Below the pieces are notes generated by a model. The model did no database searches, had not been told where the DNA came from, and saw only the letters and a list, made by a program, of their open reading frames with translations. A stretch of 62,079 nt of DNA, the filler included, from Jimgerdemannia flammicorona (Eukaryota): assembly GCA_003990765.1 (NCBI GenBank). It is 3 parts of 3 records of this genome, joined end to end, with 100 filler letters (N's around TTAATTAATTAA, not from the genome) between each part and the next. Parts side by side here need not be neighbours in the genome. Positions count along the whole stretch, not along the records: positions 1 to 20,631 come from RBNJ01001630.1; positions 20,732 to 41,360 come from RBNJ01001631.1; 1 more part is not named here. The stretch is one strand, 5' to 3'. The position numbers and the translations under genes are program-made. The stretch's first letter is position 1; every line of letters starts with the position of its first letter. Shown one piece after another: positions 12,266 to 27,300 of this stretch.

Positions 12266-13475
12266 ACTAGTACTTAATGGGAGGTCGGAATAATATATTG
12301 ATATTCTTTTTGTTTAGGAACAAATGCCAAGAAGCTGGACAATTTATCAAATGCCACACACATTCTTTTTGCATACAATCCGGCCATCTTTAGGTGGTTT
12401 TCTCCGTCACTGGGGGCACAATCGCGTGGTGCGAGCAAAATGGTTTGTCTGTGATCGGCGTGTGGCGACATGTGGTCGACGTAGATCAATCCCTGAGGGG
12501 CGTAACGTTACGATATGAGATGGATCCGGGCACGGCCCAGGAGTGGGCGGATGCATTATGTAAGGGTGTTGGGATGCAGGGATCTACGGATGGTGAGACC
12601 GCGCGGGAGAGAGGCTAGTGGTGTGGACAGAAGAAAGGAAAGAAAGGAGCAAGGGCTGTTACGTCATTGGGAAATGGGGGCAACGTCTCCAAGTGGGCCT
12701 GTGGGTGGCACGGAATAAATTTCTGAGTCCTAGGTCAGATGCAGATAGCACACGAGGTTCGTGCAGTCGAACCGTGCCTATCAACTTGGGCCCAGGACGT
12801 CGCACACGCTCCCAATAATCCTGCAACGGCTTTCTCTTGCCCTCCGCCCTCCTTCCCACCTGCGACCCAGATCTTAAATCTTCTTATCCTGTGCAGCAAA
12901 CCGGCCTACGCCCGGCCCCTTCGCTCCCTGCCCTACATAGCAACCACAGTGGGTGTGTGTCATATGACTTGCTTTTTGTGGCCGAGCTGCGTAGACAAAG
13001 AGGGCAGACAACAGCCAGCCATCGCTGTCAGTCTCTGCACATCGTCTTATCTCGTTTGTAACCACAAACAGTCCGTACGACCACCTGAAACCTCCTCCCT
13101 ACCCCGACCTCTCGTGACTCACTTTTTTCCCCTTCTCCTTTCCTCCCTTCCCTCCGCCTTTCCCGCAATAAATATACTCTCCTCCCCCTCCCCCACCCAC
13201 ACACACTCCCACCTCACCTCCTTCCCTCTCCTCCTCCCTTCTCCTTCCCTTCCGAACAGGTCATCTCCGTCCTGTCTTCATCCTCCCACCCTCCTCTCAT
13301 CACCCACTCGCACGTGCGATAGACGCTCTTGGTCGCAAGGCCCCAGCTCCACGCCTCACACATCAATCGCCGCTTTAATATAAGCTTCTGCACAACAAAC
13401 AGCCACAATAAGGCACAGCCCGTAGCCACTTCACATACAATCCCTCTTCCCCTTCCTTCCCCCCATTCGTAAAGC

Positions 13476-15103
<1,628 letters not shown>

Positions 15104-18100
15104 GCGCCAGCCGGTGTTAAGCCTGTTTGTGGCGCCGTGGGGGACGAAAGGGATGGCCGGTGTAGCGCAAGGGCGGAAGGCATTGAGGGCGAGGAGTGGT
15201 GGTGTGGAAGGAGTATTTTCGATCGTTGCGTGAGTGGTGTCTGCAGCTGTGTGGGCCCGTGGGTGTGGTATGTGGTGAACGATGCACGCAGAGTTTTTGT
15301 CGGTGCCCCGTGTGACAGTTGTTCGTTTCTCCTTGTAGCCTTATCCGTTTGGTGGAAGAATGAAAAGATAGCCTGTCGGTCATGTTTAAACGAATGTGTA
15401 TCCAAATATCTCGTTCTTTTTTTTCGTCCGGGGGCGGCCGTCCCGGAAAGTTCATTCCACCCTTCAGTTGGTGTTCTCCCTCCCGCCCCCGCGTCTTATC
15501 GTTTCCCTATCCTTCGTGACTGTTCCCGCATGTTTGTTTTTCTTCTTCCCCTTCGGCTCCTCTTCTCTCAAAAGAACCTTACCTTTTGTTTTCTTTTTGT
15601 TTTGTCTACACCCCTACCCCTCCCAATTTGTTTTGTATCGTCTTCTTCATTACCCTATTTTAGCCTTCTCAGGCTTAACCTCCCAATCTCATCTAACTTG
15701 TTTTGTTTCACCTCTGCACCCGCGTATATCTTACCCCTGTCTGTTTTCTTTGTCCTACGCTATCCTTACCCCCGCGTTTGGCCTGGTATCCGTGTCGTAG
15801 AGTTGAATCAATATAAACATCCATTTTTCTTTGTTTATCTTTATCGAGATAGCTTTGTGCGGTGGTGGGTACGGAGGATAGTGCGTTGTGTCGGTATGGT
15901 TTGCGGAGTGCTCTTTTGATTCATATTGTGCCTTGATAGTTTGGATATGTGCGTCGACCTGTGGCAAAATTTGTATAGATCAACGCCACATTCCATACTT
16001 TGTGATCCATTGAAATCACATACCATTCACATCTCCTGTTTTCTCGGATACGTTCTTTACATGATTTGTGATTTGAGAACCGATTTTGCGGCCAAAACAA
16101 ACAAACAAAAATCAGGCGTGAGCTGGACTCGGATAAAATTGGTTATTAGTCAGTGTAGTCTCTAACGACATCATCCAACAGTCTCATAAACTCACAGATA
16201 CATGGTTTAGCTATACTACAACATAAAATTTTTATTCCTAGTTATCTTTTATCAAATAACCGGATAGAAATAAATTTAAAAAATGTTTTGGAGGAGAAGA
16301 GTTGAGAGAATTAATTAGATAACACGTTTCATTTTTGAATAAATAAAATTTTCGAGATATTTAAATACTTGATAAGTAGAAGGAAGAGATATGGTTTGCA
16401 AGTGTCCCGACAAAAAAGAAATATGAACGATTAATTACCAAAGAGGTAGCAGACAAGTAACTAAGAAAAGCTGATCACAGACTTAGCCATTAACATTAAC
16501 CATGTTAATTGCAACTTTTTATATGGAATTAGGGAATTGATCCGCCACTTTACGACATATATCTACGCATATTACGACGGCCGAACTAAATGAAAGCCCA
16601 TAGCGTTTCAATTTTTTTTTTAAAAAAAAAAACAAAATAAAATTAACTCACGTTTCCAAGATTCACAAAGATCCCCTAAAAAGGAATGAATCTAAATCCA
16701 CGTTGCAGCAGAGAGAGCACACCAATAAAAAACAAGGCGGGAAGGGGGGGGCCATGAAATGAGTCTAGCCACGCCGTTTGCCTTAAATGTTTGAAAGCCA
16801 ATAGTAGTACGGGAAGCAGTGTGCAAACCGGTATATTGTGCAATATTCACATCGCGGGGTGCCGGATTACGATTACGAGTTGTCCATCTTTGCGACGCAA
16901 GTTACTTTCCGTCCCGATTATGTGTTTGTGACGCAACTTTCACTTTGCCGCTTTTTGCCTGTCTCGCTTGTCCCATAGGGTTGAACCAGACATTTCTCAC
17001 GCACAAAGTGAAAATTGAACTATGTATTATGAACAACCAAATACAACAAATTGGTGACACCTCTCGGCCCACTCCAGGGGACCGACAAGGGTCGTTTGGA
17101 TGTTGAGTTCGACCGAATGCATGTGCGCGGTATTACCGGTCGAGACATGGTTTCGAGTCGCAAGCGGTTTGCATGCAACTTGTAAATTGTGACGTTTTTG
17201 AGTGATGTGCTCGTGCAGAAGCACGTGGGCGCCTCTCGGAAGATGCTTATGGGTGGACGTTGTGGCGGGGATGCCAATCATGTTGCGAGGCTTCGAAGGA
17301 GAAAGGGGCCGGGATGCCTTCTTGGCTTTCAGTATGGTTGGCGTGGAGAATCTGCATTGAAAAGTTGGACGGCGACGCATATCAAGCGTAGAAGGCGGCA
17401 TATGAGACAGTAGTACATACATACATATCACCTTGAGAATGCATACACTGCTTCGTCCGAGTTAGCTGTCACAACGGCGTCGACAGGTTGACGTCCTTTG
17501 TTCTTGGTTTGTCACGTGACGATCAACAAGACTTACGATTTCTATATCTCTATTTTGCATTTAGTAAATGACATCAATTTAATATCCGCTTAAATGTATT
17601 GCTGTGAGCTCTAGAAAACTACAGTAACATCTCAGTCCGCGATATCTGGAATCGCAATAATATTGTTCGTGGTCGATTTTAACAGGGATCACCGATTTTT
17701 GGGTGGAGCGACGGCGGCAACCCAAAAATCCTATTTCTGATCATTATCGTTATGCAGTATTTTGCAACATGATGTTGGAGAAACGCGTATGGAGCAGTTA
17801 TTTGTACACCTTAAGTCCTATCACGCACCGAAAGTGTGCCAAACGCACTTGGTGGACAAGAGGGGAACCACCATTGAGATCTATTGTTTCGGGTGATTTT
17901 CAATAACCGTTACATGTAAGACCAACGAGTATAGAAGTATAATTTGATTAACCTTCTCAATTGAAATACCCAATCCGGTGTTGTTTGTCTCGTGGATACC
18001 ACGTTGCTTACATTTCCAATGTTAAATAATTCCACACCCTTTTCAATATTCGCAAAACCCTCACTATCTCTGTTGCATTTAAACAATGCATCGATAGACA

Positions 18101-19262
18101 TCCTTAAATAGGTAGATCAAATGTATACATACCGAGAGAACATTCCGATTCCTTCGACCACGGTCGATGCAAATATTTCGGCACAATGCAAACCAATCCG
18201 CATTGTCCTGAATCGCATCATTGATGGGAATAACTTCTTGGTTATACTCGGTCACCTGGACAATTCTGATTCGTCATGCGCAAGCAACGAAACGTGATTT
18301 TTTTTTTTTTTTTTGGGAGATCAGCGTAGACACCATATCTTTCTACGGGGTGTGGTAGAAGACGTTAAAGCCCGAGGCGTTGAAGGTGCCAAATGTATCT
18401 GCACTATTCGCGGTACAGGGAAAGCTGCCCAACGGTGGGATACCAAGCACTATCTTTAATCAAACACAGACGTTCTTAGAGGCTGGGCGAGAGCGGATTT
18501 CCGTAGTAGTATTCATATTTGCCACATCAACATTGGCGCAAAAATCTATATAGAACTATAGATAGTACGCAATAGGTGGCGAGAAAATCGATTACGTCTC
18601 TTTTCACGAGCTGGCATATTGAGGATATAATTGTTAGGAATACTGAGAGGTAGAAGGATTCTTTTCGACAGTTTTTATTAGGAGGCTTTGAATTGTTTAC
18701 TTTATAGCATACTTTTACATTCCAACGGACCGTTTTTCATGACGTCTGTGGAATCGAGGTGCAAAAATAGAGGGTTCATGAAATACATGGCAGAAATTGA
18801 TTTTTTTTTATTACAATCGTTTGGGGGACGCATTGATGGATTGCGACATTATCTCCCCAGGATAAAACGTTATGGTTATACCAAGGGTACCTTCTCAGAT
18901 GCGTGAGTAGGGTTGAAACAGTTGCAAACAAGCAAGATTGCTCATCTGGATCGATTACCTCTTTTGGAAAATTTCTTGTTCTATTTTTTAGATTGGGAAC
19001 GAGACTAAGAAGGGTGCACTATATCATAGTGCTCAATTAAACCTCTTATTTCATCCTTATCGGTGATACGAATAATGAATATGGTTTACCCTTATGATTG
19101 ACAGGTTTTTTCCCTTTTTTTTTTTTTTTTTTTTTTAGGGAAACGGAATGCAATGGGAAATTTTGAGGTTTAAGGGTGTGACAAAATCAATTCAGGATGG
19201 CAAGCGTGGCCAATAAAAGCAGGACGTCCATGACCCCTCCCACCGAACAACAAGTAATCCTT

Positions 19263-19268
19263 TATAAA
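19263..19268 (+). promoter_or_regulatory. Putative TATA box of the reductase gene
   Basis: TATAAA about 50 nt upstream of ATG 19314, with a pyrimidine-rich leader between them. Confidence 0.4.
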
Positions 19269-19313
19269 GCGGCAAAAAGACTGCATTGTCTCTCTCCCCA
19301 ACACTGCCCCACA

Positions 19314-20579
19314 ATGTCCCACGTTACCAACTTCTTTAACGACAAGACGATTCTTCTCACCGGCGGAACTGGCTTCTTGGGCATGTGTCTTGTCGAAAAG
19401 CTCCTTCGCACCGCCAACATATCGAAAATATTTATTCTGGTGCGAGGTTCAACAGATCGCCTAACTCAGATATGGCGAAACCACCTTCCCCACCACGCCG
19501 AGGCGATGATCAGATCTGGCAAGGTGACGCCTTTGGTTGGCGACGTCGCTCTGCCTCAACTGGGTCTCTCCGTTGCTCAGATAGACGAACTATCTCGAAC
19601 GGTCCAGATTGTAATTCATGGTGCGGCCAACATCAGCCTTAAAGCCTCGCTCGCCACGCTCTTCAAAGACAACGTCAAAGCCTCATTAGATCTCGCCGAG
19701 TTGGCGACACGGTCGTTTGTTCGGTTGGAGAGGTACATCCACATTTCAACCGCATACGTAAATAGTCATCTCGCCGACGGCTCTATCATCAAAGAAGATT
19801 TCTACTGGCACACATCTAGCAACGCTGAAGAAGAATACCGACAGGTTTCCCAGACCGGCGACTCCCCTTACACCAAGCTCTTCCCATTCCCTTACGCCTA
19901 TGGCAAGCATCTCGTCGAGAGGCTCCTGCTCTTGAGATATCCGAATCTCCCTCTCCTCATCATGCGTCCCACCTGTATCGGTCCCGCGGTACAAGAACCG
20001 CACCCTGGATTTGAAATCCGAGGGTCTTCTCCCGCTTCGGGATTCGTGTTCGGCTTCCTCTCTTCCAAAAAGCCCGTAACCTACTGGCCGTCCACCCGTA
20101 ATATGGATGGTCACAACATCATCGACGAGATCCCGGTGGACTTTGTGGTGAACAGCATCATCGTCCACGCAGCATACGGCACGATGGGCATCGCCCACTC
20201 GTCGACTAGCTGCTCCGCCCCACTGAAGCTCCGTGACCAATTAGAGTGCGCGTGGAAGACAATGCCGGCGGCCGGCCGGCCGCAGTTCGTGTTCACGAGC
20301 GACCTCAAGCACTCCGAGTTCTGCAGAACCGCCAGGCTTTACTTCGCGTTTGGCAACGAGTGGTTCTACGACGACCAAAAGACAAGGGAACTAATGGAAA
20401 GGATGTCGCCGGCGGATGGGATTGCGTTCAATGTGGATGTCAGGAGCTTCAACAGGTGGTCGCACAATAGTAAAAGGGCTGCGGTGTATTGGTATGAGTT
20501 GACAAAGAACGAAAAAATGAAGCAGAAAAAGGGAATCATGCCAGTGCAGGCAGGCCAGCTCGCTCTGGCTCGGCTATAA
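19314..20579 (+). CDS. Fatty acyl-CoA reductase / male-sterility-2-like extended SDR, intronless, ~421 aa
   Basis: FFNDKTILLTGGTGFLG Rossmann motif, IFILVR, GDV, VIHGAA, HISTAYV, YAYGK (YxxxK), IMRPTCIG, DEIPVDFVVN. ATG 19314 is preferred over 19197 because of the TATA box and the family N-terminus. C-terminus is -ARL. Confidence 0.88.
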   Translation: MSHVTNFFNDKTILLTGGTGFLGMCLVEKLLRTANISKIFILVRGSTDRLTQIWRNHLPHHAEAMIRSGKVTPLVGDVALPQLGLSVAQIDELSRTVQIVIHGAANISLKASLATLFKDNVKASLDLAELATRSFVRLERYIHISTAYVNSHLADGSIIKEDFYWHTSSNAEEEYRQVSQTGDSPYTKLFPFPYAYGKHLVERLLLLRYPNLPLLIMRPTCIGPAVQEPHPGFEIRGSSPASGFVFGFLSSKKPVTYWPSTRNMDGHNIIDEIPVDFVVNSIIVHAAYGTMGIAHSSTSCSAPLKLRDQLECAWKTMPAAGRPQFVFTSDLKHSEFCRTARLYFAFGNEWFYDDQKTRELMERMSPADGIAFNVDVRSFNRWSHNSKRAAVYWYELTKNEKMKQKKGIMPVQAGQLALARL

Positions 20580-20631
20580 GTCACGGGTAGTTGTGGTATT
20601 CTTTATGTTTATGTTTTTTTTTTTTTTTTTT

Positions 20632-20730
20632 NNNNNNNNNNNNNNNNNNNNNNNNNNNNNNNNNNNNNNNNNNNNTTAATTAATTAANNNNNNNNNNNNN
20701 NNNNNNNNNNNNNNNNNNNNNNNNNNNNNN
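20632..20730. other. Assembly gap/linker
   Basis: N run with central TTAATTAATTAA (stops in all six frames), the same design as 41361-41460. Confidence 0.97.
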
Positions 20731-21100
20731 NAAAAAAAAAAAAAAAGGACGAAAGTCCCCATGACCACCGTTCTGAATTTATGTATGTAGCGCCTGCGGC
20801 CATTATACCTCAGCGCTGAAATGTATATGGAGTACGCCAATTTATAAATAGCGGTTATGGGTCCTTCAAAATCAACGCATTAACTCCATACGAGTGTACA
20901 ATTAAACGCAATCGGACCAGGCCACCCTGGAAAAGAAAAAGTGTTGATTCCCTTCTTACACAATTGTTCTTTTTTAAGTATGATTGCAGCACTTACTTGC
21001 ACAGTAAAAATTTGTTTGGGAACACAAGTTAGAGGTAGTCTGCAGTGGCAGTCTGGGATGGACTAGAATCATCTCTAGCCTGCAGTATTGTGGTAAATGT

Positions 21101-21337
21101 GCTAGCCAATGGAACCGTGGCGGCTGCTGCTAGCCAATGGAACCGTGGCGGCTGCTAACACGGGGCTGCTAGCCAATGGAACCGTGGCGGCTGCTAACAC
21201 GGGGCTGCTAGCCAATGGAACCGTGGCGGCTGCTACACGGGGCTGCTAGCCAATGGAACCGTGGCGGCTGCTAACACGGGGCTGCTAGCCAATGGAACCG
21301 TGACGGCTGCTAGCCAATGAACCGTGACGGCTGCTAG
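21101..21337. repeat. CpG-rich minisatellite, ~39-nt unit GCTAGCCAATGGAACCGTGGCGGCTGCTAACACGGGGCT
   Basis: Seven copies of the GCTAGCCAATG(G)AACCGTG core; four full units (one 38 nt) plus shorter units. Confidence 0.95.
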
Positions 21338-21399
21338 TGAATACAGTCATTAACATTGGCCAACAAGTGCTCAAATTCAACTACAGAGAAAAGAAATAT

Positions 21400-23751
21400 A
21401 GAATCAAGATGACCAGCTATGAGCAATTGAAGAAGAAGAAGATCACTATTCAGAATCTATTATAGAAGAAAAAGAATCTGAAAATAGAAATGATTCTAGA
21501 CTCAACTTATCTTTATTTCAATTGGAGCTATTGTAGAATAAGCCAGAGGATGTCCCACCTATCTCAGAAGATACAAGTATCTCAAAAATTTCTCCAAGAT
21601 TATTAGAATAAGAAATTCATCTAATATTGCCTATCCTGAGTATAGAAAAAGAAAGAAGAAATATAACCACACTCTAAAGATACCTATAACTGAAGTTGTA
21701 GAAGTATAAGTAATATGAGGTTAAGAAATATCTGAAGAAGAAACTCCTGAATAAAAAGTCTTCAAACAGAAGAAGCTCTCTGAACTTATTTTCTAAAATG
21801 ATATTTACTAAATACTACTAAAAGATAATGATCTCTAAAATACTGAAGAAGGATAAAGTATAGTTACTATTGTTCTAAAATAAGAAATATACCAGAAAAG
21901 AGCCTTTTGGCTAAGAAGATATTAGTAATAAAAGGTCTTCTACTCTCTCTAAGACTACTGCTATTAGTATTATTTATTATATTAATAAGAAAGATAGAGC
22001 TACTATAGACTAAGATCTTTAATTATAATTATACAGATAATTATTTTTCAAGAAACCACTATAATGTTAAAAAGACAAGCTAATAGATAAGACTAATTCA
22101 TCTAAACAAAAGTATAATTCTTAGTTACTCTTCTACTAATCTATAATAAGAATAAATACTAATTTCTAAAGTAGTATAAAATCAATAACTGAGAACTATA
22201 TTTTCAAATAATGAGATATTATAATTATGAAAAATACTCAGATTATCAAGACTGTCTATATCAGAAGATTTATCTCAGCTGAAATATTACTATATACATA
22301 TTGAAAAAAGAAGATAATAGAGCTTAGATCTAAAGAAATCAGAAAAAAAAAGACTCTTAAGATCTAAAATCTAAAAAATAACATTCTAGCCTTTATTTAA
22401 TATATAACTTATCAAGAATAGATAGAAGATATCATCAACCTTATAGAAGTCTTAGATTCTATGAGAAAAAGAGAATCAATTATCTCTAAGATCTCTAATC
22501 TGGAGCCAGATGACCATATCTCAACCTTAAAGTCTGGAGGCTCATCTTCACTAGAGTCTTTGCTCAAGAATAACTCAAACTTAATAAAGATATTACTCAG
22601 TAAATCTTATAAATATCTTAAGACCAAATCTCAACCAAAAGCTTACTAGAAAGATATATATAATATATGATCTTTATAGCCTTAGAGATAAATCTTATAA
22701 GCCTGAAAGAATAATAGTACTTAGTACAGAACTAACTATACAACTATCCAAAAAAATATATATCTAACTGATCTCAAGGTCTGGATAATATACTAGATAA
22801 GAAATAACTATAGAAAAAGAAACAATAGATACTAAATATATAGGTAAAATCAGAATTATCCTGAATAACAAAAGTATCAAATAGTATCAAATCTATTAAA
22901 AATAAAAATTATACAGATAGTCTTTGTAAAAGTCAAGATCTCCCAACTATAAGAGATCTTCAAATTAACTCAAAGTATAAGATAAATCAAAGGATTTGGA
23001 AGCTCAGATAAGAAAAAGTATATCTGCTATAGATTATTACTTTAAAAAGAATATTTCTCAATAAGTATACTATCAATTAGTCAAACTATATAAGAATCTC
23101 ATATTAGAATTAAGAGAGCAGACTATCTTTGAAATCTCCATATCACCCAATCTAAGAAATCTCTTCTTTAAACTCAATATATATCTAGCAGAAGCCTTAT
23201 AGAATACCCTATTACCTAAAGATATTCAAGAAGGAATATATTCAGAAACTCTTAGATAATAGTGTTATCTAACCCTCTATTAGTTTCTAGATCAGCCTTA
23301 TACTTATTATACTAAAGAAAGAAGAATGGAGACTCTGTATAGACTACAGAAAGCTCAACTTAGTTATAGAAAAAGATATCTATCTCCTGCTCAGAATCAA
23401 TGATCTCCTAAACTAATTACAAGATACCAGATACTTTAGCAATATAAATCTCTTTACAAGATTTTACAAAATCTCTATAGACTCTAAGAACATCCAGAAA
23501 ACAGCTTTTCTTGCTCTAAGAAAATTATTTAAATATCTCTAAATATTCTTTAAACTCTACAATATACTCTCCATCTTTCAGAGAATGATGACTCAGACTA
23601 TAGCCTACTAATCCACTACTATCTAATTATATGTATATATAGATAATTCTAATATCTATTTAGTAAATTTCAAAGAACACCTATACTATCTAGAAGAATT
23701 CTTTTAGCTCATCTATAAGAACTATCTGAGACTCAATATCAAGAAATGCTA
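21400..23751 (+). mobile_element. Old, heavily mutated Ty3/Gypsy relic, left part (up to end of RT)
   Basis: Frame ~23220-23751 reads WRLCIDYRKLN...KTAF...IFQRMM...YVYIDN...LRLNIKKC, a degenerate RT. The upstream boundary is approximate. Confidence 0.75.
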
Positions 23752-24312
23752 TTTTTTTTTTTTTTTTTTTTTTTTTTTTGTTATAGTCACTCAGACTTGC
23801 CATTTATTACCATTCTATTATATAAAATTACAATATCCCCTCCTACTACCCAATATCCCTAGGGAGCCCCCCCTCTTACTCCTTTATGCTTAAAAAACAC
23901 CTTACCACTTACTACTCTAACTTCCCCTCACTCTACCCACATATTTTCTCTACTAAGCAGTACTGCTGACCTCTCTACAGACCCCATCCCAGCCACCAGC
24001 CTGTCAAGATGTCCTCCATCAACCCTTCCCACCTCGCCAGCTGCTCTTCCAAACTCAAACTCTTTCCTTTCTTAAATATAAACAGCCAGTGATCTACCAG
24101 TCCCACCCATATCACTAATACTAAACCCAAAGTCAGTTACTCCTTTCTCACCCCCCTCACTAATCTATCTCTCAGATTCTCCCATTGACCCTGCTCACCA
24201 TCCTTCCTATGCACAGGATCCAATCTATTCCTAACTACTAATCAGAAATTACCAAGTACTTTACACTCCCCCAGCCAATTTTCTGGTATCTATATAAATC
24301 CCCCTTCCTGAC
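23752..24312 (-). mobile_element. LINE copy 3, 3' part with poly(A) tail (interrupted by copy 2)
   Basis: Poly(T) 23752-23779, then the reverse complement of the family 3' end (AAGTCTGAGTGACTAT) and the ORF2 C-terminus. Confidence 0.9.
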
Positions 24313-27300
24313 CAACCAACACTCTTTCCAGTATCATTCAGGTTACACAATCTTTGAAAAGTACTTACAACATCATTTATTGGAGAAAGTGACTAGCAAC
24401 ATAGTGACCAACTGGCAATCTGAGGTGCATACTGGGCAGGGTGGCCCAAGTGCATTTAACTGGCAGCAGGTGGGGTGAGGTCCTGGGCTGGAGAGAGGTA
24501 TGAGGGGGCTGCTGACAGGAGGATGTGGTAGAGGAGGGGGCAGTGGTGGAGGACCAGGGTCTGGAAGGGCGAGCTTTACAGAGACAGTAAAGGGGAGACA
24601 ACAGGTGACTGGGCTGGAGGGATGGCTGAGGAGAGGCAAGGAAGTGGGGAGAATGGTGGCACAGGGGGGAGTAGCCCTTGGTGGTGGGGGCAGTGGAGCT
24701 GGGGGTATAGTGGCTGAGAGAGCATGACAGCTGATAGAGAGGGGACTGCCAATCTGGAAAAAAATCCAGATATGACTGCTGATGGTGGGGCTGAGCAGCA
24801 GGGGCTTAGAAGATTGGGGGATTTGGCAGATAGTGTGATGGGCCTGGTGGTGGCTCTGTTACTCAAGAAATCGATCTTGGCATTTGCAGTTACTCTGTGC
24901 TTCTGGGGCCTAGTGGTGACAGTGAAAATGATGCTAGATCTCATTGCTAAACAGATGGCTGGAGCTGTGTCTGTAAAGTTTCTGAAGGGTTTGGAGGAGA
25001 TGGAGGTGGGATTTGAGGAGGCTGAGCCTTTGGAGGAGGTGCTGAAGGTGGGACTGACAGTTGAGGAGGTGTGTATTCTGATGATACGCTGTCTGAGATG
25101 GGATCCCAGAGTGGTACAATTGTTGGCAAAAGGAGTACCTATAGTGATGGCAGTGGAGATGAGAAGGAGAGTTGAAGAGGTTATGGCAGAGTATAGTGAT
25201 GTAGTGGATATTGGCTTTAGAGTATGGGAAGGGACCTTGCTCTAGACTAGAGATGTTGATGTGAGGATTCAGCTGGCAGGGAAGAAAGCTACCAGGAAGG
25301 TGAGGGACTGGCCTTTGATAATAGTCTGAGGGGCAATCTTATGCAAGGTGACAAGGGTGAAGGGGAGTGAGGAGGAGGAAGAGGACTTGCTGGAAGCACT
25401 GGAAGAGCTGGGTGGCACAGTAGAGCAAAGGGAAAAGGCTTGGAAGGCATTTGAGGAGACCACACACCTGGAGGTGGTGGATGGAAAGCAGATCCAAGTA
25501 GACAAGGGGCAGTGGGAAAGGACTCAGGGGCACAAGAGACAGAAGGAACTGCTGGCGAAGCTGGAGGAGAGGCCACAGAAGAATGCAGGCAGAATGGTGG
25601 AGACAGCAGATACTAAAGCAAGTATCTGGGCAGGCAAGAGTGGTGGGAGTACTGAGAAGGGGACTGGAGAGGACAGAGAGGTGGCAGGCAATAACCTCTA
25701 TGCTGATGATATGTTTGAGGTCTGGAAGGAGGATGGGGAAGCCTCACCTACCCCTATCCCACTTATCAGACATGGTCTAGCTTCCCAATGCAGGATGGAG
25801 GAGGATGTGCCTATGTGGGGGGCCCAGCGAGTTCAATTTGGAGTTCCAGAGGTGGTGGACAGGGGACAAGGAGTAGCAGTTGGGGAGGAGGAACTGGTGG
25901 ATGTCTCTGAGGTGTGGGATGAGTCTGTGAGTGCCGGAGCTGACACCATGATGCTGGATGGAGGGAGGCCAGCAACTCCTGGAGGGAAGAAGGTGGGGAA
26001 CCTACTTTGGATGTGTCAGATGATGAATAACCTGGTGGCTGATGAGTTGGGGGAGGTGGACTTGAGAGTCATGAGTGATGAGCATTGGGCGAGGATCCTG
26101 CAGGAGAATAGAGTGGTATTGGCATTGAAGGTGGAAATTCTTGCCATATACTTGTGGGAGGAAGGGTATGTATGAGGTGGATGAGGAGCAGGAGGCAGAA
26201 TTGGCAGGCATTGCTGGTAAGAGAGCTGAATACTGCTGGACCAAGCATCATGGATTGCAGCTCTGGAAGAAGGCCTGCCTAGAGTACCAAGAAGAGTTCG
26301 AGGAGATGATGGATGGGGAGATGAATGAGCTGTTGGCTGGGTTGGAGGCTCAGAGGGCGGAGGAGGAAGCAGTGACTGCAGAACATAATCTGGACTTGAC
26401 ACAGGAAGAGAGGAACATGGAGTAGTAGGGATGGATGGGATGACACACTATATTTCACTATGAATAGTACAACCAATATTTTTTCTTTGAATGTGAATGG
26501 GCTGAGGAGTACTTTTCAATGTAGGAATATTTTTACTTGGCTGAAGAATTGGAAGCCAATCTCTTCTTATTGCAGGATGTCCAGTGTGAAGATGATTTGA
26601 ATAGACTAGATTGGACGAAGGAATGGGGAGGAGAAGCAGTTTGGAAGGGCAAGGTGGGAATTCTGGTCTGGAAAGGCAGAGGGGAGATATGGGATGTGAA
26701 GAGCTGGGGGGATAAATTGGTCTGGGGAGAATGGATATGTATGGGTTGGAAGCTGGTCATGGTGGGCTCATGTTATTGTCCTGCCATATGGGGTGAGTAT
26801 GTGGATTGGGTACAGGGTCTCCTGGAAAGTGGGGTTCTTGCAGAAACTGGAGTGGATATGCTGGGTGGAGATTTCAATATGGTCCAGGATGTGTGGTTGG
26901 ATAGAACAGATGGTGGCTGGGGAGCTGAGACTAGGAGTGGAGGGCTGGTGGCATAGGAGGAAGTGGAAAGGCTTAGTGCTCTGGTAGATGCAGGTAGGAA
27001 ATGCTGGGGAGATAGGAGAGTGTACACACATTGGGCAGGGGTCTGGGGATAAGGATTGACTGGATTCTGACAGCTTGCTGCTGGGGCTTAGATGTCTGGA
27101 AGTCACTGGAGGTGGAATGGTGCCCATGGTCAGATCATTGGGAGTTGTTAGGATGAGGACATTTCAGGGGGAGTGGGGATGAACCTGGACATTGGTGCCT
27201 TAATACCTCTTTATTAGATGATAGGATCTGGTGGGATGTATGGGCTGAAGATATACAACTAAGGATGACAAGCTGGAGACAAGAAGGTGCCCCTGTCAGT

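Noticed and set aside
15137..15919. 260-aa ORF downstream of CDC42, and 214-aa ORF 12739-13383 upstream
   Set aside because: Low-complexity products of pyrimidine-rich UTR or promoter sequence with no recognisable motifs.
17910..18290. Exon-like minus-strand segments with GT donors
   Set aside because: The implied intron is only ~30 nt, the frames do not join cleanly and no family is recognisable. Possibly a gene relic, but unsupported.
20676..20687. Palindromic TTAATTAATTAA inside N runs (also 41405-41416)
   Set aside because: Identical design twice with six-frame stops: an artificial scaffold linker. Adjacency across it is not assured.
21101..21337. Array as CRISPR, or as a coding repeat (LANGTVAAANTGL)n
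   Set aside because: No unique spacers or cas genes in a eukaryotic context; no in-frame start, and 38-nt and shorter units break the frame.
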